NCBI GenBank assembly: GCA_937625935.1
Contig: OW569353.1
Span: 186,001 to 250,000 of the forward strand
Direction: 5' to 3'
Origin: Tetramitus jugosus
Lineage: Eukaryota; Protista; Heterolobosea
DNA length: 64,000 bases
Numbering within the stretch: position 1 is the stretch's first letter; the number at the start of each line of letters is the position of its first letter. This document shows, one piece after another, positions 21,075-33,039 of this stretch. Position numbers and translations under genes: made by a program. Below the pieces are notes generated by a model. It had not been told where the DNA came from. It did not search any database and was given only the letters and a program-made list of their open reading frames with translations.

Positions 21075-23634
21075 ATGAACTACTCGTCCTATCCACAACA
21101 ACCAATCCCACAGCAACCGTTCAACGTTGTCAGTGGAAGAGACGGTCCAACCTCTCTTGACTTTAACGGCGACAAACTTGAGATCACTCCACTTGGAAGT
21201 GGAAATGAAGTTGGAAGAAGTGCTGTTCTCGTTCAATTCAAGGGAAAGAGTGTAATGGTATGTCATTTTTTTTCACACGCTTTTTTGAAAGCTTAACTCG
21301 ATCAATATGATACTTTGCGTCAGATCCATATCACACAACACGATGAGTGATCTGTGGATTTTTTGAGAGCTTGAGGTGTTCAACTTTGATGCGAAGTATC
21401 ATATTTTGATCGTTTTTTTTTCATTGATGAGAGCTCTCCCTCTGTGAAAATAATATTTCAATAAAGCGTGTCCTTGTTTTCCAATTGTGTATGTTGTGAA
21501 TCAATTGTTCTCATTCTTCTTTTCTCTTTATGTGTTTGTGTGAACAATCTATCTAGTTTGATTGTGGTGTCCATCCTGCTTATAAAGGACTGGCTTCCCT
21601 GCCGTTCTTTGATGCCATGGATCCTTCTGCTGTTGACTTGGTTCTAGTGAGTCAGTATGTAGTCGACTATGCATTTTATGATTCTCTTTAGCTGCTTGTG
21701 AGTTTTGTCTGATTTGTTGACACAGTGTATCATTATTATTGTAATACTTTAGCTTTCACTTGGATCATTGTGGTGCTGTTCCCTACTTCTTGGAAAAGAC
21801 TGATTTCAGAGGAAGAATGTTCATGACTCATCCAACCAAGGCTATCTATAAGCTCATTCTGTCTGACTTTGTCAAAGTGAGTGATGTGAGTCCTGATGAC
21901 ACTCTGTTTACTGAACAAGATTTGGCCATCAGTTTGCAAAAGATTGAACTCATTGATTATCATCAGGAAATGGAACACAACGGTATTCGATTCTGGTGCT
22001 ACAATGCAGGACATGTGCTCGGAGCAGCCATGTTCATGATTGAGATTGCAGGAGTCAAGGTTCTGTACACTGGTGACTTTTCGAGACAATCAGATCGTCA
22101 TTTGCTCGGTGCAGAGACCCCTACCATGTCACCGGATGTTCTTATTGTTGAAGCAACTTATGGTATTCAAGTGCATGAACCTAGAAGAGAAAGAGAAATG
22201 CGTTTTACAAGCATGGTTCACGATGTCGTCAAGCAAGGAGGTCGTTGTCTTATTCCAGTGTTTGCCCTTGGTCGAGCACAAGAATTGTTGCTCATTTTGG
22301 ATGAGTTCTGGGAGTCTCACCCAGAATTGCAAAAGATTCCCATTTACTATGCGTCTTCTCTGGCCAAGAAGTGTATGTCTGTCTTCCAGACATATATTAA
22401 TATGATGAATGAGAAGATTCGTAAGCAGTTTGATATTTCCAATCCGTTCATGTTCAAGCACATCTCAAACTTGAAGAGCATTGATCACTTTGAAGACAAT
22501 GGTCCTTGTGTGATCATGGCCAGTCCTGGTATGCTCCAGAGCGGTCTCTCAAAGCAATTGTTTGAAATGTGGTGCTCTGATCGTAGAAACGGTGTTGTCC
22601 TTCCTGGCTATTGTGTCGAAGGTACACTAGCAAAGAAGATTATGTCTGAGCCTCCAGAGATTACTCTATCGACTGGAGCAGTCGTGCCTCTCAGAATGAC
22701 CATCCGTACTATCTCATTCTCGGCTCACTCTGACCGTTTGCAAACAGAAGAGTTCATTGAGAGTATCAAACCTCCTCATGTCATTCTAGTTCACGGTGAC
22801 TCCAACAACTGTAACAGATTGAGACAAGCTCTCAACCAGAAGTTTGAGAACAGCATTACCATTCACACGCCTGTAAATTGTGAAACTGTAGAAATTGTGT
22901 TCCGTGGTGAGAAGGTTGCCAAGGTTTTGGGAGATTTGGCAAAGCAGCCAGCTGAGCCTCAAGGTCTCGTATCTGGTATCCTTGTTCATAAGGACTTCCA
23001 ACATCACTTGGTCGCACCACAAGACCTGAAGACATATACAGATATTACCTGCGCTGGCGTTAAGCAGAGATTGATGGTTCCATTGCCACTGCCAAAGGAT
23101 CAAACTGAAGACAAGGAAGAAATGAAGAAGTCCACTCAAGCCTTTTGGTTAGACACCCTGTTGCGTCGATTCCAACAAGTACAGTCAATCGACGATCCAA
23201 ACAACACCAATTTGATTACACTTTGCGTTTCTGGTAGCGTGTTCATGAAGATTGACATGAACAAGCCAAATGAAGCTTCAATTGAGTGGTCTTCAAATGC
23301 TGGAAATGACATTTTAGTTGATGCTATTTGTAATTCTATTCTGGACGATGATGGAGCCATGTCTGACGAAGAAGATTATGACCCAAGAAGTGAAATGCAG
23401 ATCCTCTACGTCATCCAACAAATGTTGAGTGAACAGTACAATACTGTTTCTGTTGACCTGCAAAATCAACACATTCACTTGAATATCGATGGTTTCCCAG
23501 TTGTCATTAGCAGCTCTGGAAAGATCCAGTGTGACAACCCAAAGATTGTGAGCTTGCTCGAAATTACCATGAGAAGAATCTACCTCGCTCTTTTCCCAAT
23601 CCCAAGCATGATGGGTTGTCTCGACGAGCACTAA
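21075..23634 (+). CDS. CPSF3: Cleavage and polyadenylation endonuclease CPSF73/Ysh1, 3 exons
   Basis: Exons 21075-21257, 21557-21654 and 21753-23634. PLGSGNEVGRS, FDCGVHP, SHFHLDH, AGHVLGAAMF, YTGDFSR, PVFALGRAQEL, FSAHSD, LVHG. Confidence 0.95.
21299..21412 (+). other. Intronic three-way-junction RNA structure in CPSF73 intron 1
   Basis: 26-bp stem 21299-21324/21385-21412 with a 2-nt bulge and three G-U wobbles on the sense strand, enclosing two inner hairpins. Confidence 0.7.
21460..21500 (+). promoter_or_regulatory. Candidate intronic polyadenylation signal (AATAAA + downstream GU-rich element)
   Basis: AATAAA at 21460-21465 followed by U/GU-rich TTGTTTT..TGTGTATGTTGTG. AATAAA is also seen after many stops in this window. 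Confidence 0.4.
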
Positions 23635-23778
23635 GAGAATTGTATTCCATTATCTCGAATGAACGAAACATTTAATTGTCCTTGCCGTAAACTTTACCCT
23701 TCAGCACTCTATTCTTGGAGCCACAAAATTCCTATTCTATTCCCCGAAAGCAAACAAAAACAAAAAACAAACCAAAAA

Positions 23779-24663
23779 ATGAGATCAAGCATGCATCTCC
23801 TCAGGAGAACAACTTCACAACAACGTGTCTTGATCAACAATACCACCAGTAATTGCAGTAATGGAATTCCATTCACCTCCATCTCCCACTCCCGCCATTT
23901 TCACTCCGACAAATATAACTCCGACAAATCAGGCGCCAACAAGTTCAGTAGTGGCAACATGGAGTCACTCAAGAACATGTTAGCTTCCATATCCAATCGT
24001 GTTCCATTCAATTTTGGAACATTGCCAGATGAACCCAGAGATTTCTTTAAGCCTCCACTGGCCAAGTGGCACGTTCCCTTTTATCGATTCTTTTTTGATC
24101 GATCGTTTGATGACAAGGAATTTTTGGAGGGATGCACATTGGCGCTCCGAGCAACGAGACAAATGCTCGTCGACGGAGATTTGGACTCTCTGAAGAATGT
24201 CATGACCAAGGAATCGTATCAGAGATTGGAAACATGGTTCAAGCGTTTGCAAGCAGGAGACAACATATCGGAAGAAGAATTTGATAGAAGTCTGGGAAAG
24301 AGGAAACGCAAGGGTGACGAAGAGGATGAGAATGAAGAGGATGCAGAAGAAGAAGAAGAAGCAGAGAACATCAAGGAACAATTGAAGGACATATTCAATA
24401 AGAAGATGACACTGAGAGGACAAGTTGATCAAGTGGACAGCGCACACATTGTTCAAATTAAGCTGAATTTCCTCGATCCATCCTTTTCAAAGTTCCACAC
24501 AGATATCATTGTACGATTCTATTTGAAGGAAGATTTAGCCATTGTGGACGAAGAAGACAATGTTGTGTTGGGAACAAAACACTCTGAGGATCGCAGAGCA
24601 TTAGTCATGTTCCACAGTGAGGAGATCAATGGACCATGGAAGATTAAGGCCTTTATCGAATAA
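23779..24663 (+). CDS. Mitochondrial Tim44-like domain protein (MAIP1-like)
   Basis: Arg/Ser-rich presequence; FDDKEFLEGCTLA....QML..GDLDSLKNVMTKESY; C-terminal WKI. Confidence 0.55.
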   Translation: MRSSMHLLRRTTSQQRVLINNTTSNCSNGIPFTSISHSRHFHSDKYNSDKSGANKFSSGNMESLKNMLASISNRVPFNFGTLPDEPRDFFKPPLAKWHVPFYRFFFDRSFDDKEFLEGCTLALRATRQMLVDGDLDSLKNVMTKESYQRLETWFKRLQAGDNISEEEFDRSLGKRKRKGDEEDENEEDAEEEEEAENIKEQLKDIFNKKMTLRGQVDQVDSAHIVQIKLNFLDPSFSKFHTDIIVRFYLKEDLAIVDEEDNVVLGTKHSEDRRALVMFHSEEINGPWKIKAFIE

Positions 24664-24826
24664 TTGAAGGAGATTGTATAGAGATTGCGGAATAAAAGTG
24701 AAGGAAAAACCATTAATTACAGATAATTGCATTGCCTTGTTTACTACCATTTGCTCTGTACAAAAACTGGTACCCACTCGAGATGGTTGCAAGTTCAGAC
24801 CAGGGTAATTCTTTTTACAAAAACGT

Positions 24827-27800
24827 CTACTTGAGAAGACGATGGACTTCGGTGATCAGTGACGTGCCGAGAGCATCATCAGAGCATCTCAACTCAATAG
24901 TTGCCTCCTTGGTTCCCTTTGTCTTTGCTTGAACAGCAACATGGTGACCTTGTACACTAGTTCCATACATTTGATAGACTTCGTCTTCGATTCTCTCGAC
25001 AACACTCACGTGAATCAACTTGCTGATTGCTCTGGCAACTTCATTCACATCGTCAATCTTGCCCTTGTATGCGATAATGGTTGAGCTCAAATGTGGTATG
25101 GCCTTCTCTCGGGCCAAATTAGCCAAAATTTCGGTTGTAATCTTCTTACCAGTGATGAACATGGAGCTAGGGAGAGCCAAAGTGAATTGAATTTGCCTCT
25201 TCTCACCGGATGACAATGTGTAGTTGACAACACCAGGCAATTCTTGTGCACGCAAGAAGCTCTTGAATTCAAAGGAAATTGAGGTGTCATTAGAGGCTCC
25301 TGGTGCGAGTGTGAACGACACCTTCTCAGGACCGGATGCAGCAGCGCTAGATCTGGTCCACTTGGTGTTCATGGTTCCATTGATCAAATAGCTGATTTCA
25401 GAGATACTTAATGCTGCGTCAGTGTTTTCAAACACGATTGGAACTGTGATGTGATTTGCATCGGAAGGATGAGCCTTGCTATCAATGCTAATCTTCAAGA
25501 AATCGTCCTTGCACAATCTCTTCAATGAGGCACTCTTCTTGGAAGAGGTCTTTGAAGCAGAGGTCTTGGATGCTCCATTAGTTGGTGAAGGACTAGTTGG
25601 AGTAGCAGGAGATCTCACCTCTTCAAACATAACAAGGCTCTCCTCCTTGGGTGCCTTCTTTGTGGACTTCTTCTTTGTTTCAGAGGATGATGAGCTCTTC
25701 TTCTTGGTGGCAATCTTTTCGCTAGACTTCTTGGTCTTCTTCTTGGTTGGCTTTTCCTCATCGGTGGCACTCTTCTTGCTGCTTCTCTTCTTCTTCTTCT
25801 CATCGGCTGCTTCTGCGGCTGGCTCCTTTGTTGACTTCTTCACTCTTTTCTTTGGTACTTCCTTAGCTTCAGAGCGCAGAGGATATGCTTGAACTTCAAA
25901 CAACTTCTCATCTGCATCAATTGGCTTTGTCAAATCAATCTTGCTCAAAAGATCGCCATTGTCAACCTTGCCACGCACAGGCTCATCAGACAAGTCAATG
26001 CCCTCTGGTGCCTCAATAACATTACTAATCTCAACTGGACCCATTTCTTCCTCCTTGACACGCTTTTTCTTTGTCTTGGTGGACTTGGATGTCTTCTTCT
26101 TGGTCTTCTTTGGCTTCACTCCAAGTTCGCTCAAGTTGTGAGTAGGGATAGATGGATCATTCTTTGATCTCTTACCGAGCATAAAGATGGTCTTGGCTTC
26201 GTTGTATCCTCCAAGTTCGGATGAGACTGATGCTGGAGCATGTTCTTCAGATTCTTCCTCTGACTCTTCTTCTTCATGTTGATATCCACCATAAGTCTCA
26301 GTTTGCTTGAATACACGTTCATCCATCAACTCAGAGAATGGAGTACCAATCCATTCATCAAGATTGAGTTCTTGTGGGGGAGCTTCTTGCAACTTTCTTT
26401 GTGCCTTTGGTGCAACTGGATTTAATTTGTCTTCGAACAGAGCATACAATTCATCAGTAATATCAAGTCCATCCTTCAACAACTCTTGATGGAGATCAAT
26501 AATCTTTTGAACTGATACCGCACGCTCTTGAATTTCTACATCAGAGCTCTTCAAGAACATTTCCAAACCTTGCTTTGTCACTTCGACAATGGATGGTAGA
26601 TCTTCCTTGACAGACTCTTCTTGTTCTGCACTCTTGCATGCATGAGTATAAATCTTGGCAATAGTCAACACATAACTGCTCTGAATTCTCAATGGTAGAG
26701 AGAGCACAGATGGTTGAGTCAGTGCTCTCAAAATATCGAGCTCCTCATGTGTAGCACAATCAGAAATGAACTCACCAGTTAACCATGCGGCAGCATACAA
26801 AACTTCGAAAACAGCGCTTGTCTCAGATGACTCAGTTTGTAATTGTGGAGAGCTGAGCAACTTGATCATTTCTTGGACACCGGAATCACGAATTGACTTG
26901 ACACGAATGAGAACATCAATCAACTGAGCAGCAATTAGCTTACCATGGGCGGCACTCTTCACTTGCGTCAAGTTAATCAAAATATCCAAGTACCACTTGA
27001 AATTAGCAATATTTGCATAATTTTCTTTGGAACATGTCAAAATAATCTTCTCAATCAAGTGATCCTTATACTTTTCTTCCATGATTGAGGCAGAGGCCTT
27101 TTCATTGATATCATTCAAGGATTTCATCAATCTAGTAATAATGGACTTCAAATTCTTTGGGTTCACAACACCACACAACAAATCCAGAGATCTTTGGCGA
27201 ATAGTAATATCATCATCATTCAAGCAAGCAATGATAGTGTCCTTGATATCAGCAATGATACGAGGATATTGATCCATCAAATTATTCAAACCGAGCAATC
27301 CCAAATACTTCAAATTCTGATCAGGATCCTCAACGAACATTTTCAGTTTCTCTGAAGCAAGCTTCACGACTGTCATGTGCTTAGACATGCCTCTCGTCAC
27401 TGTACACAAGCATTCATACAACAAACTCTTTGCAGGTGTTGTCTGAATTAAATTTGCCATTGGTTCAACCAACTTCTTGGCCAATCGAGGCTCATGTGGT
27501 GCCAAAGATCCAAATAATTTCACAATTTTGATTGTTGTCCAATTATTGTTCAATGAGGTCAATAATTTGAAAAATACAGGTGCCATTCCCAAGTAGTTGT
27601 TTGGATTCTTTCTAGCCAACTCACAAATGACATTGACTGAAGCACTCACAACACTTGGATGAGGATCAGCGAGCTTCTCCTTCAAACGAGGGAAGGATGG
27701 TCTCAATGCATCAGGATACTGCAAGAAGATTTTGTACAGAACCAAAATGGCCTTCTTTCGCACATAGGCCTTGGTCGAATTCAATAGTGATACAATTTCA

Positions 27801-28464
27801 CTCACCAAATCACGAGCTAAATCAGGTGTACAAATATTACTCAAGCATTGAATGGCCAAACCGACTTCATATTGATTCGAACTTGTCAAATCCTACAATA
27901 GATGATTATTGTTCGTTCAATTCACACAATCATAGCCATCACAAAACCACAATTACAAGAAAATGAGAACGAAAAATGGTTGTTAAAAACATGTGACCAC
28001 CACACAGGAAAAAAACAGAGTGCAAAATAGCAAACATTGAAATACAAACTCTTCTGAATGTTTGAGAAGTCAAAATCATGACATCAGTGTCCTTTGTGAA
28101 ACTTTGACTTGCAGCAAGGTAACCTGCTCTCTTCAAAGTGAAGCTTGGGTTAGACATGACCTCCAAGATGTTGAAAGCAGCCCATTCCATATCATAACCA
28201 AGCATGTGCAACTATTGTAAAAAAATGAAAAATGTGAATAAAAAAAGAACAAATAAATTTTTGAGATGAAAAAAAGAGGAAGAGAATATTCTGCCAACGA
28301 CAACTTACATAAGTGAGCTTCTGTATAGCAACAGCCTTCTTTTTTATGTCATTAGCTTTCAATTCATTTCTAATTTCATTGATGGCTGTTCTGATGTACG
28401 CTTCTTCATTGTGTTTGTGGGCGCGAATTCCCTTCACAAGATCTGTCAGTGATTTCTCGAACAT
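24827..28464 (-). CDS. AP3D1: AP-3 adaptor complex delta subunit, 3 exons
   Basis: Exons 28464-28309, 28211-28049 and 27892-24827. MFEKSLTDLVKGIR, KRAGYLAASQSF, YPDALRPSFPRLKEKL, NNWTTIKIVKLF, DQNLKYLGL, LNPVAPKAQRK. Confidence 0.95.
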
Positions 28465-29000
28465 GACCGTCTAATCAATTGATAAATATTTTTTTTCTAT
28501 GAAGTTTGTTGTTTTGTTGTTGGAGTTTTTCTTTTTCGATTCTGCGTGTAATTTCGCCGCCATCCTTTTGGAAGCAAATTGAAAGTTCAGCCAACCGAAA
28601 TTCCTGGTCGGTGTTCCAAGAGGTTGTGAGAAGTCGTTTGAATGCATCTGTGATCTAGCTTCGCCATCAATAGAGCCATTAACTGAGTCATTAAATAAAC
28701 GATAATTAAGCTTAAAATGTGTTCACTTATTGATTGACATGGTTACCAGACCCATTATTCCTTGTTTGACACTCCGGAGAAATCCCGATGCCTGTTGCAG
28801 AAACAAAATCCTCAAATCCTCGCGTGTTGTCAAAACAAGGTGTTCTCTTCCTCTTCCCTCACTACAAGAAAGCCACACAAACAACATCCAAAAACACACA
28901 TCCACACAACAAAAAAAATCATCTTCACGTCAATCACAAAAAAAAAACAGCGCAATCCCACCAAAAACATTAGTTATCATTATTATTATTGCACGTACAA

Positions 29001-32000
29001 ATGGACGGAAAAGTGAGATCATCAAACATTCGCTCACGTATCGAAGCTCTTGGTCTTCAGGATGGTAACAACAACAATAGCACACCACCCATTTACGCAA
29101 GACCAAGACCTCCTGTTCCTCAAAGAGACAGCAGCAACAGCAACAGCAGCAGCAGCACTAGTACAAACAACAACAATAACGCAACCACAAATAATACAAA
29201 GAATAGCAACACGACTCCAACCGTCACTGTCACCAACACTGTTGCGACAAATAACACCAATAACTCCGAAACAGATGGTTCTGTCAGAAAGGTTGTCGTC
29301 TCACCAAAGCCAAAACTTGTTCCTCGTCCACCACCACGAAATGCAGATGCACCAGAGATTGAACCATCCACTACTACTACTACTACCACTTCATTGGGTC
29401 ATCGAATTCCACCTTCCATACCGACTTCACTGCTCCAACAAGAACAACAGCAGACACAGAAACCTTATGTTTCTCCTCGACTACACACACCACCAAACAA
29501 GCCTCTGCCCAGTACACCTGTTGACGAAACTGTTGTTACATCCACAAAAAATACTGTGCCCACAACAGAAAAAAAACAACCGGCTCTTGTTCCACGACCC
29601 ACATTGCCCGCCAGGCCTCAAACAGGCTCTACGACTACTGGTGGAAAGCCTACCCATCAAGTGTCACAGAGTTTTGGTGGTCTGGGCAGTGCAAACAACA
29701 ACAACAGTGCATCTTCTCCATCGTTGAACGCTGCTGCATCGTTTGAGTCATTTGTGTCAGAAAATGAAAAAATTCGACCCATGTCAGTCATGTTGCCCAC
29801 CACAGCAAAGATTCTGGACGAGGAGCATGAGAAGGAATCGTTCAAGAATGTAGGAGAGTTTACAGCATATGTTGTCAAGCAGGACGGTGCATCAAAGAGC
29901 GGTGATGGAACATCAACTGACTCGTCATCGAACAAGAATGACCGTGTTGGCGTATCAGACACTACAGAACAAGAAATCATTACAAGATATGCTCATCCAA
30001 CAGTTGAACAAACAAAATCAGCCATTGTCTTACAAAAGTACATTCGAAGACGCCTCGCAGTCAAGAGATGCACTGGAATTAAGAATCGTGCCTTCCATAG
30101 AATGAAGTGCGCAGGAGAGATTATGTCGACTGAGAAGACGTATGTCGACGGATTGAAAATTATATCAGAGGTGTATTTGGAGCCGTTGAAGAAGGTTGCG
30201 AATGGACCAAATCCATGTATCACCAAGGCTCAACTCTCGCAAGTGTTCTCCGATATTGAAGTCATTATGAATGTGAACATTTCATTTTATGAACAGTTGC
30301 AACAGAGATTGACAGAGTATAAGCAAGATACGGTGATCAGTGACATCTTTACAACAATGGCTCACTTCTTTAAATCATATTCGAGATACTGTAATAATTA
30401 TGAGAAGAGTCAGAGTATACTCAAGGATTTGAAGAACAATATAACCTTTAGGGATATGATTGCTCAAATGGACAGGGATCCAAGATCAATGAAGCTTGGT
30501 CTATCGTCCTACCTTATTCTACCAATTCAAAGAATTCCAAGATATCGTCTCTTGTTGCAAGATTTGATTAAGCACACGGAGAAGGATCATCCTGATTACG
30601 CCGGATTGAACAAAGCTTTGGAAGATATTATGACTGTGGCCGATCATTTGAATACCACTATGAAGGGAATTGACGCGACCAATGAAATTCTCAAAGTTCA
30701 GAGTCAGTTCAATAATGATATAAGTTTCATCGAGCCGCATAGAAAGTTCATCACTCAGGGCAGAATGATGGAGCTCAAGGAAACAGACAAGACATCTCAC
30801 CCTGGCAGAGATCTCTATTTCCATTTGTTCAATGACATTCTAGTGTACTCATTCCCTGTCAGTCAAGAACTCTTTACCTACAAGGGTGAAATTCAGCTGT
30901 GTAATGCTGCCTTGTTTGACTACTTGAGATATGATAGCAAGCCGGAATCAATCTTCCAAATTGCATCACCAGGTGGAAAACTTCTCTGCCGTGCATCATC
31001 CTCTGAAGAAAAGTACAAATGGTTGGAACAATTAGCAAAGGCGATCAACGATACCAAGTCACTTCGAAAGAACAACACACTGAATGTAAATGTGGACTCT
31101 GTTCAAGATATGACCACATCAACATTGTACATTGCAAAGAGTCAGGACGATAGTGAGTTTGAAGTGTCGCCGGAAGAGTGCATTCAACACATGAAGAATG
31201 GTGCTACCATGCTCAAGTATTGCCGAAACGGAAGACCTCACTTCAGAACCATTGTTCTATCAAAGAATGAAAGATACTTGATGTGGGGTAGTCCAAATAA
31301 GGCCTCCCACGAGAGCAAGGTTGCTCTTTCAGATGTAACAAAGGTCGAAAGAGGTCAAAAGACTGCAATTTTCGCCAAGAATAAGAATCCAGAGCATGAG
31401 ACTCTTAGTTTCTCATTGCGTTACAAGAATCGTACTCTGGATCTCGTTTGTAAAGATAAGAAGGAGTATGTGATCTGGGTCGCCGGTATCCAATACATGT
31501 TATCCAGCATTATGCAAGGAAAACGTCCAATCAACGAAGATGCTGGTGATGATAGTGTTGTGCTTTCTCATGATTTGACCAAGGAGAAGCAAAAGTTTAA
31601 GGAAATGTATGAGCGCATTGGTGATGCATACACATGGGGACAAGGATCACGTGGTGCTCTCGGTCATGGTGATGAAGTCGACCAAACTCAGCCTCTTGTC
31701 ATGAAGGACTTTCTATATCTGGATGTGGCATCCATGGCTTGTGAAAATGCTGCAGCTGCCGCAGTCATGTTGACTGGTGAATTGTTCACATGGGGAAGTG
31801 GTGAAAAGGGAAGATTGGGTCACGGAGACTTGAATGATCGTGTCAAGCCTGCGCTTGTCAAAGAACTGCACAGTCACAAGATTATGAAAGTATGCATGGG
31901 CACGCAGCACACTCTAGCACTTGAAAACACTGGTCACATCTGGTGCTTTGGATCATCCGAGTATGGTCAGTTGGGTATGGGAACAGAATTCAGTGGTGTG

Positions 32001-32936
32001 ACTGCCGTTCAGACTACCCCTATCTTACTCCCTGCTCTCAAAAACACAAAGGTGCGTGATATTGCCTGTGGACACTGGCACAGTGCATGTATAACGATGG
32101 ATGGTGAAGTGTTTATCTGGGGTCGAGGAGAAGATGGACAGTTGGGCATGAATAACAAGGAAAATGTGTACGTTCCAACAGCGATCCCACAAATGGCTGG
32201 ATTCAGAGTGGTAGAAGTTGCTCTAGGATTATGGCACTCTATCATTTTGACTGACAAGGGTCAGTTGTGGACATTTGGTAACTCGACATATGGTCAACTG
32301 GGGCACGGCAACAATGAGGAGCAATTGACACCAAAGATGATCAAGTTACTCGAATCACAAAAGGTGATTGCTGTCTCTGCAGGAAGTGCTCACAGCGTGT
32401 GTATTTTAGAAAATGGTGAAATTTACTGTTGGGGATCAGGTATCTATGGTCAAATTGGTAACAATGAAAAATCACATGCCAACAACCCAACGCTGGTCAA
32501 GAATCTGAAGGGAGACGGAGCCCAGAAAATTGCCTGTGGTGTGAATCATACATTGGCTCTCATGGACAATGGTAAGGTGTATGCCTGGGGAGCAGGTACC
32601 TATGGTCGTCTCGGTCTCAAGAGCGAAAATGATCAACACGTTCCAAAAGAAATTACCTTCTTGGCCGATAAGAGTGTGAGAGCAATTGCATGTGGAGGTG
32701 GTCAATCTGCTTGTGTCTGTGCTCATCAATGGGTTCCAGACAAGGACGCCACCGCCTGCATGAACTGTAAGTCAGTATTTACATTCATCAAGAGAAGACA
32801 TCATTGCCGTTACTGTGGTGGTATCTTCTGTGGACCTTGCACGAACAAAAGAAAGGCTATCCTTCGTTTCGGATTTGATGATCCAGTTCGTGTCTGTGAA
32901 TATTGTTATCAAATTTTGAGTGAACAATCCAATTAA
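29001..32936 (+). CDS. RhoGEF protein: Pro-rich region, IQ, DH, PH, second PH, RCC1 repeats, FYVE
   Basis: LQKYIRRRL (IQ); EIMSTEKTYV and LILPIQRIPRYRLLL (DH); HLFNDIL (PH); MLKYCRNGRPH..LSFSL..RTLDLVCKD..WVAGI (PH); WG.G..G.LG repeats (RCC1); WVPD..C..C..F...RRHHCR.CG.IFC..C..RVC..C (FYVE). Confidence 0.92.
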   Translation: MDGKVRSSNIRSRIEALGLQDGNNNNSTPPIYARPRPPVPQRDSSNSNSSSSTSTNNNNNATTNNTKNSNTTPTVTVTNTVATNNTNNSETDGSVRKVVVSPKPKLVPRPPPRNADAPEIEPSTTTTTTTSLGHRIPPSIPTSLLQQEQQQTQKPYVSPRLHTPPNKPLPSTPVDETVVTSTKNTVPTTEKKQPALVPRPTLPARPQTGSTTTGGKPTHQVSQSFGGLGSANNNNSASSPSLNAAASFESFVSENEKIRPMSVMLPTTAKILDEEHEKESFKNVGEFTAYVVKQDGASKSGDGTSTDSSSNKNDRVGVSDTTEQEIITRYAHPTVEQTKSAIVLQKYIRRRLAVKRCTGIKNRAFHRMKCAGEIMSTEKTYVDGLKIISEVYLEPLKKVANGPNPCITKAQLSQVFSDIEVIMNVNISFYEQLQQRLTEYKQDTVISDIFTTMAHFFKSYSRYCNNYEKSQSILKDLKNNITFRDMIAQMDRDPRSMKLGLSSYLILPIQRIPRYRLLLQDLIKHTEKDHPDYAGLNKALEDIMTVADHLNTTMKGIDATNEILKVQSQFNNDISFIEPHRKFITQGRMMELKETDKTSHPGRDLYFHLFNDILVYSFPVSQELFTYKGEIQLCNAALFDYLRYDSKPESIFQIASPGGKLLCRASSSEEKYKWLEQLAKAINDTKSLRKNNTLNVNVDSVQDMTTSTLYIAKSQDDSEFEVSPEECIQHMKNGATMLKYCRNGRPHFRTIVLSKNERYLMWGSPNKASHESKVALSDVTKVERGQKTAIFAKNKNPEHETLSFSLRYKNRTLDLVCKDKKEYVIWVAGIQYMLSSIMQGKRPINEDAGDDSVVLSHDLTKEKQKFKEMYERIGDAYTWGQGSRGALGHGDEVDQTQPLVMKDFLYLDVASMACENAAAAAVMLTGELFTWGSGEKGRLGHGDLNDRVKPALVKELHSHKIMKVCMGTQHTLALENTGHIWCFGSSEYGQLGMGTEFSGVTAVQTTPILLPALKNTKVRDIACGHWHSACITMDGEVFIWGRGEDGQLGMNNKENVYVPTAIPQMAGFRVVEVALGLWHSIILTDKGQLWTFGNSTYGQLGHGNNEEQLTPKMIKLLESQKVIAVSAGSAHSVCILENGEIYCWGSGIYGQIGNNEKSHANNPTLVKNLKGDGAQKIACGVNHTLALMDNGKVYAWGAGTYGRLGLKSENDQHVPKEITFLADKSVRAIACGGGQSACVCAHQWVPDKDATACMNCKSVFTFIKRRHHCRYCGGIFCGPCTNKRKAILRFGFDDPVRVCEYCYQILSEQSN

Positions 32937-33039
32937 ATTATTATTTAACAAAAAGTTAGAACTTGAAGTTATTAGAACAAAGTTTTTATGAGTATAATAT
33001 TGTTTTTTGGGTTGCAATCTCGAATGTCATGTTCATTGC

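Noticed and set aside
21299-21412. Hammerhead ribozyme or 5S rRNA identity for the Y-shaped RNAs (also 8555-8748 and 61220-61312)
   Set aside because: None has the CUGANGA/GAAA core or 5S consensus sequence.
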